Below are positions 7,237 through 16,552 of a stretch of DNA of 52,155 nt, piece after piece. The stretch is from Acidobacteriota bacterium. Its GTDB lineage: Bacteria; Acidobacteriota; Vicinamibacteria; Vicinamibacterales; UBA2999. Both the position numbers and the translations under genes were made by a program. The notes under the pieces are model-generated. The model was not told where the DNA came from and searched no databases. It saw nothing but the letters and a program-made list of their open reading frames with translations. The first letter of the stretch is position 1. Each line of letters begins with the position of its first letter. The stretch is taken from assembly GCA_031392125.1 (NCBI GenBank), contig JANMUX010000043.1, forward strand, positions 1 through 52,155. The letters run 5' to 3'.

Positions 7237-10200
7237 CTATTTTGGTTCGGTTCCCCACCAGAACTGCTTTGGCAACGGCTTCGCCGTCGGCCAAATCACA
7301 TTCAGCGTATCGGCTTCGTAGAGGTCGCCGTTCTTCATCACGTAGCGAATCGAGTTCGTGTTCTTGATGTTTTCAAGCGGGTTGCGATCGAGCACCAGCA
7401 GGTCTGCCAGTTTCCCCGGCTCGAGCGAGCCGAGATCCTGGTGCAGGGCGATGGCCTCGGCGCTGAACAGCGTGATGATCCGCAGCGTCTCGTGCGGCGT
7501 CAAGCCACCTGACGCCAGGTTCCAAGTTTCCCAATGGGCGCCCAGGCCCTGCAGCTGGCCATGGCTACCGAGTCCGGCCTTTCCGCCGGCGCGCACCACG
7601 TCGGTCACACCCTTGGCAATCAAGGTGTGGCCGTACTCCTCAGGCAGGAACCACTGCGGACGCCGCCGCACCATGCCGTCGAGCAGCTCCCACGGAATCC
7701 ACTTCTTCAGCTTCGCATCCTGCGCCGGGTTCTCGTTCTCGAACCAGTAGTTCTCGGACCACGGCGCGCCGTACGCCACCAGGATGGTTGGCGTGTAGAA
7801 CGTCTTGGTTCTTGCCACGAACGTCGTCACGTCCTTGTAGAGCGGCGCAATCGGCAGGCTGTGCTCCTGGCCGGAGTAGCCGTCGGCCATCTGGGTGAGG
7901 TTCAGCTTCAAGTCGAGCGAACCCTCGATGGTGGCGGTGATGCCGTACTCCTTGCATGCCTCAATGATCCATTGCCTGACGACGCGGTCGCCGGCGACGT
8001 ACTGTTTCAGCGTGTTGGTCCGGTACGCTTCCTTGTAGCGCTTGACAAAGCGGAACGCGGCGTCGCGGTCTTCGATGCCTGATCCGGCGAACACGCCGGG
8101 GCCGGTGGCGTAGACGCGCGGCCCGGGCATCATGCCGGCATCCACCATGTCGGCATATGCAAACACGTCAGGCGTCGAGGTCTGCGGATCCCTGGTCGTC
8201 GTGACGCCGTAGGCGAGGTTCGCGAGGAACTGCCACACCTCCGTTTGATGCAGGCCGCGCGGCGCCCACATGTGCGAGTGGGCATCGACGATGCCGGGCA
8301 TGATGGTTTTTCCGGCCACGCTGATCGTGCGCGTGCCGGCAGGAACCGAGAGCGAACCACGCCGGCCGACCGCGGCGACGCGATTGTCGGTGACCAGCAC
8401 GTCACCTTGCGGAATCACCTCGTCACCCTTCATCGTGATGACGCGCGCGCCGGTCAGCAGCACCGAGCCCTTGGGCTTGGAGCGCGGCAGTTCGACGACG
8501 ACGTCGGTCTTTTGCGGATCGTTGTCCGTAATCGGCTGGCGGAAAAACTGCGCGCCCCAGGCCCAGGTCACGGCGCTACCGTCTGCGGACCAGCGCAGAT
8601 AGTCGCCGCCCTCGAGCGACATTCGCGTGACCGGCACCGACGTGTTGTCGGCGCGGCCCTGGATGCGCACTTCGACCGTTTCGCGTCCGGTGCGTGGCAC
8701 GGTGACGAGGTAGTGCTTCTCCTGCAGGTTAACGAAGGCGCGGGTGCCGTCGGGCGAGAGGCGAATGTCTGACGCGGCCGGCGGATTGTTGCCCGGCCCG
8801 ACGCCGGTGATGCGGAGCAGCGTGCGCCGATCGTAGCCATCTATCGTGATCGACTGCAGGCCCCGGTTGGTCGTGAGGTAGACCCGCGACGAATCGTTGC
8901 GGGCGAAGTGAGGACCACGTCCGCTCTGCGCGGAACCCACCAGCGTCGAGGTGCCGCCGGCCGACGGCATCCACCGAATCTCGAGGGTGTTGGGCGGGCT
9001 GATGCCACCAATTTCGCGCGGCGCTTCTTCATCGCCTTCGCGCTCGTTTTCGGGCGGCGTGTCCATCAGGATCGAATAGAGCTGATCGGAGGCCGCGCCG
9101 GCCAGGAAGACCACTCGCGTGCCGTCGGGCGTGAAGGTCGGATCCAGGTAGTAGCCTTCGCTGCGAGTCAACGCTTCGGGCTGACCGCCGGCCGCCGCCA
9201 CCCGCTTGATCTGCCCGCCGGTCGTGGTCCAGGTGGTGTAGACGATCGAGCGGCCATCGGGCGACCAGGAAGGCATGAATTCACCCTCAGTGGTGCCTGT
9301 GCCAGGGGTGCTAGGGGTGCCTGGGGTGCCAGCCGTGCTCGTCAGCAGCCGGGGCGCGCCGGTCGGCATGTCCTTGATGTAGAGACGGTTCATCGCGCTG
9401 AACACCAACTTCGTGCCATCGGGCGAGATCGATGGCCAGCGAATCAGCCGCGCGCGAACGGCATCGCCGTCTTCGACGCGCGTTGGCGTGTAGACCCGAG
9501 GTGCGATTTCGGCCTGGACCTTTGCGGTGAACGGGATCGGTGTGGCCGCGCCGGTTTCAAAGTCGATGCGCTGCAGCTTGCCGGCAACCGGCACGATCAG
9601 CGACTTGCCGTCGGGCATGAAGTCATAACGGGGCAGCGTGTCGCGGCTGGCGCGCGATTCCTGGTCATCGCGCGTCACTGGATACGCGAGCCATCGCTCG
9701 GCGCCGGTTTCGAGGTTGCGCACGCGCAGGCCGGTCTGCGACTTGTGGCGGGTGCCGAACACCATCGACTTGCCATCGGGCGAAATCACCGGGCGAATGG
9801 CGCTGCCCTGGGCGTTGGTTACCTGCGTGACATCACCGGTTTCGCGATCGTGGCGGTAGACCTGCCACAGCGGGAAGCGCGCGTTGTAGGTGAAGCTGCC
9901 CGTCCGCTGCGTGTAGTAGATGAAGCGGCCATCGGGCGTCACCACCGCACCCATCTTGTTGGTGGGCGGCGCGGGCGGCGGCCCCTGCGCGTCAGGGCCG
10001 GGCTGGGGTGGCGGAGCAGGACCCACGCGCACACCGGTGCCGCCATCGCGGTGATACATGAACAGGCCGAACGTGCCGGGTTCGGGCGGACGCGACTTCG
10101 ATACGATGATGAACTGGCCGTCGGGCGTCCACGCCGGCGATGCCATGATCTGCGGCCGGTCGTTGGTCTTGCCGTCCTTGGTGACGGCGCGCGGATTGCC

Positions 10201-10578
10201 ACCGTCGGCGTTGGCAAGCCACAGGTTCTCCACGCCGCTGCGGTCGGTCAGGAAGGCAATGGCGCGGCCATCAGGAGACCACGTCGGCTGGCTTTCGAAT
10301 GACAGCCCGCCCATGATGCGGGTGGCCTCGCCGCCGGCAATCGGCATCGTGTAGAGGTCGCCTAGCAGATCGAACAGGATGGTGCGGCCGTCGGGCGAGA
10401 CGTCCACCTGCATCCACGTCACTTCATCGGTGGTGAACTCAATCGTCTCGGCCGTCTTCAGCGTGAAGCCCTCGCCGGGCTTGGCGGTGTCGTCGGCCTG
10501 GCGATCCTGCCCGCGCACGGTGGCGAACGCGATCATGCCAATGGCCAGCAGGGACGCAGACAAGGTTCTGATACGCAT
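7237..10578 (-). CDS. TolB-like beta-propeller (PD40 repeats) fused to a C-terminal amidohydrolase domain, secreted
   Basis: Signal peptide 'MRIRTLSASLLAIGMIAFATVRG'. Repeated 'SPDG(R/K)xIxF' PD40-type motifs in the N-terminal ~650 aa. C-terminal 'MPGIVDAHSHMW' metal-binding HxH motif of the amidohydrolase superfamily. Confidence 0.8.
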   Translation of the reverse strand: MRIRTLSASLLAIGMIAFATVRGQDRQADDTAKPGEGFTLKTAETIEFTTDEVTWMQVDVSPDGRTILFDLLGDLYTMPIAGGEATRIMGGLSFESQPTWSPDGRAIAFLTDRSGVENLWLANADGGNPRAVTKDGKTNDRPQIMASPAWTPDGQFIIVSKSRPPEPGTFGLFMYHRDGGTGVRVGPAPPPQPGPDAQGPPPAPPTNKMGAVVTPDGRFIYYTQRTGSFTYNARFPLWQVYRHDRETGDVTQVTNAQGSAIRPVISPDGKSMVFGTRHKSQTGLRVRNLETGAERWLAYPVTRDDQESRASRDTLPRYDFMPDGKSLIVPVAGKLQRIDFETGAATPIPFTAKVQAEIAPRVYTPTRVEDGDAVRARLIRWPSISPDGTKLVFSAMNRLYIKDMPTGAPRLLTSTAGTPGTPSTPGTGTTEGEFMPSWSPDGRSIVYTTWTTTGGQIKRVAAAGGQPEALTRSEGYYLDPTFTPDGTRVVFLAGAASDQLYSILMDTPPENEREGDEEAPREIGGISPPNTLEIRWMPSAGGTSTLVGSAQSGRGPHFARNDSSRVYLTTNRGLQSITIDGYDRRTLLRITGVGPGNNPPAASDIRLSPDGTRAFVNLQEKHYLVTVPRTGRETVEVRIQGRADNTSVPVTRMSLEGGDYLRWSADGSAVTWAWGAQFFRQPITDNDPQKTDVVVELPRSKPKGSVLLTGARVITMKGDEVIPQGDVLVTDNRVAAVGRRGSLSVPAGTRTISVAGKTIMPGIVDAHSHMWAPRGLHQTEVWQFLANLAYGVTTTRDPQTSTPDVFAYADMVDAGMMPGPRVYATGPGVFAGSGIEDRDAAFRFVKRYKEAYRTNTLKQYVAGDRVVRQWIIEACKEYGITATIEGSLDLKLNLTQMADGYSGQEHSLPIAPLYKDVTTFVARTKTFYTPTILVAYGAPWSENYWFENENPAQDAKLKKWIPWELLDGMVRRRPQWFLPEEYGHTLIAKGVTDVVRAGGKAGLGSHGQLQGLGAHWETWNLASGGLTPHETLRIITLFSAEAIALHQDLGSLEPGKLADLLVLDRNPLENIKNTNSIRYVMKNGDLYEADTLNVIWPTAKPLPKQFWWGTEPK
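9292..9342. repeat. 9-bp periodic GGTGCC-type repeat inside a CDS
   Basis: Units GGTGCCTGT (9292), GGTGCTAGG (9307), GGTGCCTGG (9316), GGTGCCAGC (9325), CGTGCTCGT (9334). On the minus strand they encode the linker 'TSTAGTPGTPSTPGTGTT'. Confidence 0.7.
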
Positions 10579-10601
10579 GGCGAGAGTATAGACTCGCGCC
10601 C

Positions 10602-13070
10602 ATGCGAATCCTCAAGGCATTGGCCCTCGCGATGACCGGGGCCGCGTGTTTCGTCATCAGTGTCGCCGCGGTAACGCGAGTGCCGTCTGGCGACGGTCAG
10701 TTCTGGGACATCCAGGACACCTCGCCGTGGTCGCAGGATAGTGGCGGCATCGCCACCGGCGGGCGCGCCAACCCGTTCAACGGGTTTGGCTATCTCAAGC
10801 TGCAGGTACGGCGTGCCGACAGCACGCTGCTCGTGAGCAATCAGCACCTGCGCGGGTTTGGATTGCACCACGATGGCGCCGGACGCTTCGACTCGATCAC
10901 GCCGGTGCTGCAGGAGGGCATCCTGGTGTCGCGCGGCATCACGACCGCGAAGGACTCGCCCTACCTACGATACTTCGACACCTTCACCAACACCTCCGCC
11001 GAGGATCGCACCGTGCGGGTGGCCTGGGGAGGAGCAGTGGGTGCCGTCGACGATGGCGGGCGCGTGACGGTGGCGGCGACCTCGAGCGGCGATCGGCAAA
11101 TCGACATGGCCGACAGCTTCGTGACGATGATGCAGAACGCGAAGGGTAACGCTAATCCTCCCGATGGACCATCGGGGCATGGGCCTTCCGCGCATGTGCT
11201 GGGGACGCGCCGCGGGCCGCTCACGTCAGTGGGCGACATGTATGGCGACCCGTTCGACGGCACCTGGCCGGGCTTTGACACCTCGCACATCGGGTACGTG
11301 TTTACGCTGCGGCTGCGGCCTGGGCAAACCTCGGCGCTCGTCACCTTTGTCGTGAAGGGGTTGAGCGAGGTCTACGATCCGCGAGGCGGGTATCCCATTC
11401 CGTTCAAGGACACCCTGGTGACGGGCGAGGCCGTCTACTCTGGACCGGACGCCAGGGTCCCGGCAGCCGGGTCGGAGATCGCCCGGGTCACGAACGTGGC
11501 GAAGCAACTCGTGTCGGCCCCCGACCTACGTGGGCTGACGGCCCTGCAGCGGTCGCAGATCGTCAACTGGACTACCAACACGCCTGCGCCGCCGGCCTTC
11601 ACCGTGTTCGAGAAGACGGTGATCGAACTGCAGGACGCCATGACTCGCGGCTTGGTCACAGCCGAGGACATCGCCAAGGAGTACTTGGCTCGCCTTTCGC
11701 GATACGACCGGAACGGGCCGACGTTCCGCTCGGTGCTGTCGCTCAACCCACGAGCGGTTGCCGATGCGCGCGCAAGGGATGCCGAGCGGGCGGCGGGCCG
11801 CGTGCGCAGCCCGTTCCACGGCGTGCCCGTGGTGTTCAAGGACAACATCGATGCGACCGAGTTGCCGAGTACCGGCGGCTCGCTCGCGCTACTCGATCAT
11901 CGCCCGCGCCTCGACTCGCGCGTGGCGGCCGGCATGAAGCAGGGCGGTGCGGTCGTGCTCGGCAAGGCCAACCTCGACGAGTTTCCGTTCGGGGATTTCG
12001 GCATCAGCTCGGTTGGCGGCACGGTCGGGAATGCCTATGACCCTTCACTGAGCACCTCGGGTTCAAGCGGCGGCAGTGCGACTGCGGTAGCGGCGAGCCT
12101 GGCCGCGTTGGGTTTCGGCACCGACACTTGTAACTCGCTTTCGAATCCCGCTGCCTTTGCATCGCTCGCAACCATTCGCACGACGCGGGGGCTCACCAGC
12201 CGCGCGGGCGTTATGCCGCTCAACACTTTCAATGACGCAGTAGGTCCGATGGCGAAGACGGTGCGCGATGTCGCGTTGGCGCTCGATCTCGTGACCGGCG
12301 CGGACCCGGAGGATCCAGTCACCGCGAACGCGGCGTCGCATATCGCAGGCTCATTTGCGCAGGGGTTGGACGCTGCGACGCTGACCGGCAAGCGCATCGG
12401 CGTCTTGCGCCAGCGTTTTGTCGGCTTCACCGGCGAGCGCGAGGTCGCGGCCAACATGGAGCGCGTCATCAAGGAACTTCAGTCGGCCGGCGCCATCGTG
12501 GTGGACGTCGCCATCGCCGACTACGACGCGAAGTATGCGGCGGCCCGCGGCGCGGCGCCCGGCTCGTTGCGGGATGGCTGGGCCGCATACCTGTCGCGAG
12601 GCGCGAAGGCCGGGGACAAGGTGCTGACCATTCAGGACCTTCTGGCGTCAGGAAAACTCGCGCCCGTGAGCGCGCGCCGCTTCGAGGGCGCGTTGGCGCC
12701 GGTGCCCGCTGGCGCCGCGCTTGAAGAAGCTACCCGTCTGTTCTTTAGCGGTCGAGAAACCTTCCGACAGATTTTCGTAACGTTGCTGGACCAGCAGAAA
12801 CTCGACGCCCTGCTTTATCCCGCCAACCAAGCGCGTCCGCACACCCATGAAGGCGGCCTCGAACGCTACGGATCGGAACCTGGCACTTGCGAAGAGAGCG
12901 CGGCGACCGGCCTGCCGCAGGTGACCGTGCCGGCCGGCTTCATCGCCGGGCGCTATCCCGTGGGCATCTCGCTATTGGGAAGAATGTGGGACGACAAGCG
13001 ATTGCTGGAGCTAGCGGCCGCTTATGAACGGGCGACGCACCATCGCCGTCCGCCAACGACCGTGCAGTAG
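10602..13070 (+). CDS. amidase-signature (AS) family amidase with ~330-aa N-terminal domain of unknown function, secreted
   Basis: 'GVPVVFKDNIDA' and 'GGSSGGSATAVAASLAALGFGTDT' are the amidase-signature Lys and Ser-cisSer region. Hydrophobic N-terminus 'MRILKALALAMTGAACFVISVAAV'. Confidence 0.8.
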   Translation: MRILKALALAMTGAACFVISVAAVTRVPSGDGQFWDIQDTSPWSQDSGGIATGGRANPFNGFGYLKLQVRRADSTLLVSNQHLRGFGLHHDGAGRFDSITPVLQEGILVSRGITTAKDSPYLRYFDTFTNTSAEDRTVRVAWGGAVGAVDDGGRVTVAATSSGDRQIDMADSFVTMMQNAKGNANPPDGPSGHGPSAHVLGTRRGPLTSVGDMYGDPFDGTWPGFDTSHIGYVFTLRLRPGQTSALVTFVVKGLSEVYDPRGGYPIPFKDTLVTGEAVYSGPDARVPAAGSEIARVTNVAKQLVSAPDLRGLTALQRSQIVNWTTNTPAPPAFTVFEKTVIELQDAMTRGLVTAEDIAKEYLARLSRYDRNGPTFRSVLSLNPRAVADARARDAERAAGRVRSPFHGVPVVFKDNIDATELPSTGGSLALLDHRPRLDSRVAAGMKQGGAVVLGKANLDEFPFGDFGISSVGGTVGNAYDPSLSTSGSSGGSATAVAASLAALGFGTDTCNSLSNPAAFASLATIRTTRGLTSRAGVMPLNTFNDAVGPMAKTVRDVALALDLVTGADPEDPVTANAASHIAGSFAQGLDAATLTGKRIGVLRQRFVGFTGEREVAANMERVIKELQSAGAIVVDVAIADYDAKYAAARGAAPGSLRDGWAAYLSRGAKAGDKVLTIQDLLASGKLAPVSARRFEGALAPVPAGAALEEATRLFFSGRETFRQIFVTLLDQQKLDALLYPANQARPHTHEGGLERYGSEPGTCEESAATGLPQVTVPAGFIAGRYPVGISLLGRMWDDKRLLELAAAYERATHHRRPPTTVQ

Positions 13071-13086
13071 GGGTGGCGGTCTGAAC

Positions 13087-13941
13087 CTAGTACAAAACAG
13101 CGCGCTCGCCGAGATCGGCAATCAGCTTCTTGAAGTGCGCGACGATGATGTCGCGCCGCTTCATGACCGCCTCGATCTCAGGACCGGTGAGCTGATCCTC
13201 GACGGCCTTCTTCACACCATCTTTCGTCAGGGCCTCCAGGCGGGGCAGTAGCGCCCGGTCGATCTTGCCGAGGTCCTTGCCGTAGACCAGTTCGGTCTGC
13301 AGCCGGAAGGCGCGGCTGAAGTCGATCATCATCACCTTCCAATCAGGCGTGATCAGCACGTTGCCGAGATTGCGATCGGTATCGCGGGCGAGCGCCGCAA
13401 ATACGCGCATGCGATACATCTGGTGGTTCCAGGTGGTCGCGTTGGGCGGCTCGATCTTCTTCTTCAACCGTTCGCCCTCGTCCATGAGGGTATCGACCCA
13501 CCAGCTGAGCGATCCGTTCTTGCCGTTCCAGCGGCGTTCAACGTGCACCGGCATCATGTGGCCGAGGCCCAGCAGTTCCGCCAGCGCATAGGCGGCCAGG
13601 TTGTAGCGGTAGGCATCGACGAAGTTCATCTCGACGGCAGCCGAACGTCCCCCGCCGTTGAGGTTGGCGACCGTCTGCCGTTCGTCGACCGCCTGGAACG
13701 CGGCATCGTGCGTGAGCGTGCCGTTGGTCAGCGTGAGGCGCTTGGGACTGGTGACACCCTTGCTGGTGTCTCGCGACCGAATGATCTTCGCGGTTAACAG
13801 GAAGTCGCGCATCTCGGCGCGCGTGAGGGCCGCGGGCGCCGCAGCGGGCGCCGCAGCCGGCGCCGGCTGCGCGAGAGAAGGACGGCAAACGAGTAGCGAA
13901 AGCCCGACGAGGACGACGACGCGAAGGCCGGCCCGGTTCAT
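13087..13941 (-). CDS. secreted hypothetical protein with PI3/PI4-kinase-like catalytic motifs
   Basis: Signal peptide 'MNRAGLRVVVLVGLSLLVCRPSLAQ'. 'YRYNLAAYALAELLGLGHMMPVHV', 'ARDTDRNLGNVLI' (DRxxxN catalytic-loop-like) and 'VMMIDFSRAF' (DFG/IDxG-like) resemble the type-II PI4K/PI3_PI4-kinase fold as I recall it. Confidence 0.45.
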   Translation of the reverse strand: MNRAGLRVVVLVGLSLLVCRPSLAQPAPAAAPAAAPAALTRAEMRDFLLTAKIIRSRDTSKGVTSPKRLTLTNGTLTHDAAFQAVDERQTVANLNGGGRSAAVEMNFVDAYRYNLAAYALAELLGLGHMMPVHVERRWNGKNGSLSWWVDTLMDEGERLKKKIEPPNATTWNHQMYRMRVFAALARDTDRNLGNVLITPDWKVMMIDFSRAFRLQTELVYGKDLGKIDRALLPRLEALTKDGVKKAVEDQLTGPEIEAVMKRRDIIVAHFKKLIADLGERAVLY

Positions 13942-13947
13942 GGGTGG

Positions 13948-14811
13948 CTACTTGTATATCTTGGTGAAGTTGATTGACGCGCCGCCCACTTGCGGCTGGA
14001 CGCCCATGTTGAACTTGCTGCCGCCAAGGTTCATCGTCACCGTCCGCGCGGAAGCGATGCCGAGGCCAGCGCCCATCACCACGTCGGTGGCATGGTGGCG
14101 ATTCCAGGCCATGCGGGCCAGGGCGACATACGACCCGAATGCGTAGGCCGGCACTGCAGCCTTCCAGCCGTAATGACGCTGCAGCACGGTGGCGGTGGCG
14201 AACGCGCTGGCCGAGTGGCCGGATGGGAACGACATGTTATTGCTGGCGTCGGGACGCGGACGCCGCACCGTGACCTTGACGCTCTGCACGATTACCTGCG
14301 ACAGAATCTGGGCGCGCACGACATCGCGCCCGACCATCGAGAGCTTCTCGTTGCGAACCAACTTCCCGAACCCGTAACCCGCAAAGCCAGCGCCCGCCTG
14401 GAAGGCGAAGCTGCCCATGATGTTGCCCGATTCGAACAAGGTGGTCGGAATGTTGAAGCCGTTGTTCACGCCTTCCCGATCCCACGGCGCGGCGGCAATG
14501 GCGCCGATCGACGTAAACGCCAACACGCGGACCGTGTCGTGGCTGAAGAAGTGCTTGAAGTCGCCGCCGACGAGCTTGAAGAAGCCGCCTGACTGCACGT
14601 CGCTGGTCGCAGGCGCAATCATGCCGGCCGGCAGGGGCTGACCGGGACGCGGGAACTGCCCCGCGTTCGCTGCCTCGCTGTCCGGGCCGGACGTCGGTTC
14701 GGCAGTCGCTTCGGTGCGCGAGGATTCGGCCGGCGCCGGTTCCTGGGCCCAGGCTGGAGCGGCCAGCGTCAGGGCGGCAACAAACAGGGCGGCAGCACGT
14801 GGCGTATTCAT
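13948..14811 (-). CDS. PAP2-family (acid phosphatase/lipid phosphate phosphatase) protein
   Basis: The three PAP2 motifs are readable: 'KVTVRRPRP', 'PSGHSA' and 'ARMAWNRHHATDV'. ATG at 14811 gives signal peptide 'MNTPRAAALFVAALTLAAPAWAQ'. Confidence 0.8.
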   Translation of the reverse strand: MNTPRAAALFVAALTLAAPAWAQEPAPAESSRTEATAEPTSGPDSEAANAGQFPRPGQPLPAGMIAPATSDVQSGGFFKLVGGDFKHFFSHDTVRVLAFTSIGAIAAAPWDREGVNNGFNIPTTLFESGNIMGSFAFQAGAGFAGYGFGKLVRNEKLSMVGRDVVRAQILSQVIVQSVKVTVRRPRPDASNNMSFPSGHSASAFATATVLQRHYGWKAAVPAYAFGSYVALARMAWNRHHATDVVMGAGLGIASARTVTMNLGGSKFNMGVQPQVGGASINFTKIYK

Positions 14812-14916
14812 CAAGAAAGCCTTCGGTTGAGAGGTCAAAACGGTCCGCAAGTATCGCACGGAATTTACAAGGGCCGGCTCAGTTGGCCCCCTATAGCTAT
14901 CGGCAGGCGGCCGCCC

Positions 14917-16551
14917 TCAGGGTAGTCGCTCGAGCCCAACCAGGGTCCAACCGCTGGAATCTCTCCGAAAATAGACAGAAATGGGCTTATTCCACGCTTC
15001 CGGACCGCCGACCGTGGAGATGTCCACCTTGATGAACTCGGAAGCCGGCAGGGCCGGCATGGGCAGGGGGCTCTGGGTTTCCTCGGTGGTGGCCACGAGC
15101 GTGGCCTTGTCGGCCACGTTGTCGAATGTGTACCAGAGAGCCCGGTAGCCTGGCGCGCGATCGGCGACTGCGGCGTCGACGGCGATGTTGCGGAAGGTCA
15201 GCCGCCCGTCGGTGATCGCGACATCCACCAGCGGGTTCACCTTAGGCAGGAAGGTCTGAAGAACTCGCAGGCGGCGGTCGGCGATCGCCTTGGCGAGAAA
15301 GGCCTCCGCTTCCGGGTCGCCAAACTTTCCCTCGGCGACCGCGGCCTTGATCATCCCGTCGTCGATTGCCGCCAGCTTGGTGGCCGCCCAGAAGGTGTCG
15401 TCGGCGCGCATGTGCCTGAAGGCCGCGTTGGTGATGTGCGGCCACCACGTCTCCGGGTCCCAATCCGAGTGGTCGCGCGGCAACCGGCCGATCGCGGGAG
15501 ATTCGAAGTAATCCTGCGTGCGCCAGCGCGGGATCTTGAATCCCAACGACAACACACGCCCGAAGATATCTCCTGGCTGTTCGACCAGCGCTTCGTAGCC
15601 TTCCCAGCCTTCGCGCGGGCCAATTGACGCACTGCCGAGTGCCGACGAGAAGTCGAGCAGGTAGTGGCGAATGAAGCTGCGCCCGTTCTCCGTCACCAGC
15701 GACGACAGCGAATTGATGCCCTTGGCATCAACGTGGTTCAGCCACGCCGCAAACACGAAGTAGCCGCGCAGCTCGCGGCGATGCTCGTGCGGCACGATGT
15801 CGTTCGGGTCGTCCGCGCGCGTACCGTGAAAGGCGATGCGTCCGACCGGACGGCCGGGGGTGGCCTTACTGAGGATCACGCGATAGCTGCCGTCGGCATC
15901 GCGGTCGGCCCGCGATAGCAGCGACGCGATATCGCCCTGCTGCATCGACCGTGCGACCTCGCCGGGCGGCGTAATCCGCGTGTCCTTGCCGATTGTCAGG
16001 TTCGCCGGCTTCAATTGGCCGATGTAGTACTCGGTGGTGTGATAGCCGGCCGCCCAGAACAGCTTCGCCGCCACGACCTCGCTGCCGCTGCCCATGGCGC
16101 GCCAGCCAGGAGGATCGAACTTCACGAACCACGTTTGTCCCGCGGTGTCGCGGATGGTGAAGCCCGGCGACACGCCGTCGCTCTTGGCCGAGACCACGGT
16201 CCAGGCGCCGGGTGCGGGACCGTCGGTGGTGTTCGCCGCGCGCGCCACCCGTGCGGGCGTCAGCGCCATGCGGCCGGCGCGGTTGACGAAGAACGGCCCA
16301 TCGGGCACTTCGTCCAGCGTGTTGATGTTCTTGGCCCGCTGGCCAATTTCTCGGTCGCCCGGGCGCCAGAACAGGTTCTCGATGGTCTGGTACGCCAGGT
16401 CGGGCTCGTAGCGATTGGCGTTCTTCACGTCTTGCGTCACCGGCTCGCGCCAGATCGGATCGTCGGGAAAGAAGCGGCGCGACTGCGCGCTCACGGTCCA
16501 GGTGAGTGCCGCAATGGCCAGGAGCGTCAGGACGATGCGTGTGCGAGTCAT
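14917..16551 (-). CDS. secreted hypothetical protein with protein-kinase-like fold motifs
   Basis: Signal peptide 'MTRTRIVLTLLAIAALTWTVSAQ'. 'QTWFVKFDPPG...SEVVAAKLFWAAGYHT' (beta3-Lys/alphaC-Glu-like), 'FAAWLNHVDAKGINSL' (HxDxxxxN-like) and 'HYLLDFSSALGS' (DFG-like). Only 1 nt separates it from the upstream Omp85 gene. Confidence 0.45.
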   Translation of the reverse strand: MTRTRIVLTLLAIAALTWTVSAQSRRFFPDDPIWREPVTQDVKNANRYEPDLAYQTIENLFWRPGDREIGQRAKNINTLDEVPDGPFFVNRAGRMALTPARVARAANTTDGPAPGAWTVVSAKSDGVSPGFTIRDTAGQTWFVKFDPPGWRAMGSGSEVVAAKLFWAAGYHTTEYYIGQLKPANLTIGKDTRITPPGEVARSMQQGDIASLLSRADRDADGSYRVILSKATPGRPVGRIAFHGTRADDPNDIVPHEHRRELRGYFVFAAWLNHVDAKGINSLSSLVTENGRSFIRHYLLDFSSALGSASIGPREGWEGYEALVEQPGDIFGRVLSLGFKIPRWRTQDYFESPAIGRLPRDHSDWDPETWWPHITNAAFRHMRADDTFWAATKLAAIDDGMIKAAVAEGKFGDPEAEAFLAKAIADRRLRVLQTFLPKVNPLVDVAITDGRLTFRNIAVDAAVADRAPGYRALWYTFDNVADKATLVATTEETQSPLPMPALPASEFIKVDISTVGGPEAWNKPISVYFRRDSSGWTLVGLERLP

Positions 16552-16552
16552 A

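Noticed and set aside
8908-10302. 464-aa plus-strand ORF inside the propeller-amidohydrolase gene
   Set aside because: Antisense shadow of a 1113-aa gene with clear PD40 and amidohydrolase motifs. The translation is Arg/Gly/Ala-rich with no domain signature.
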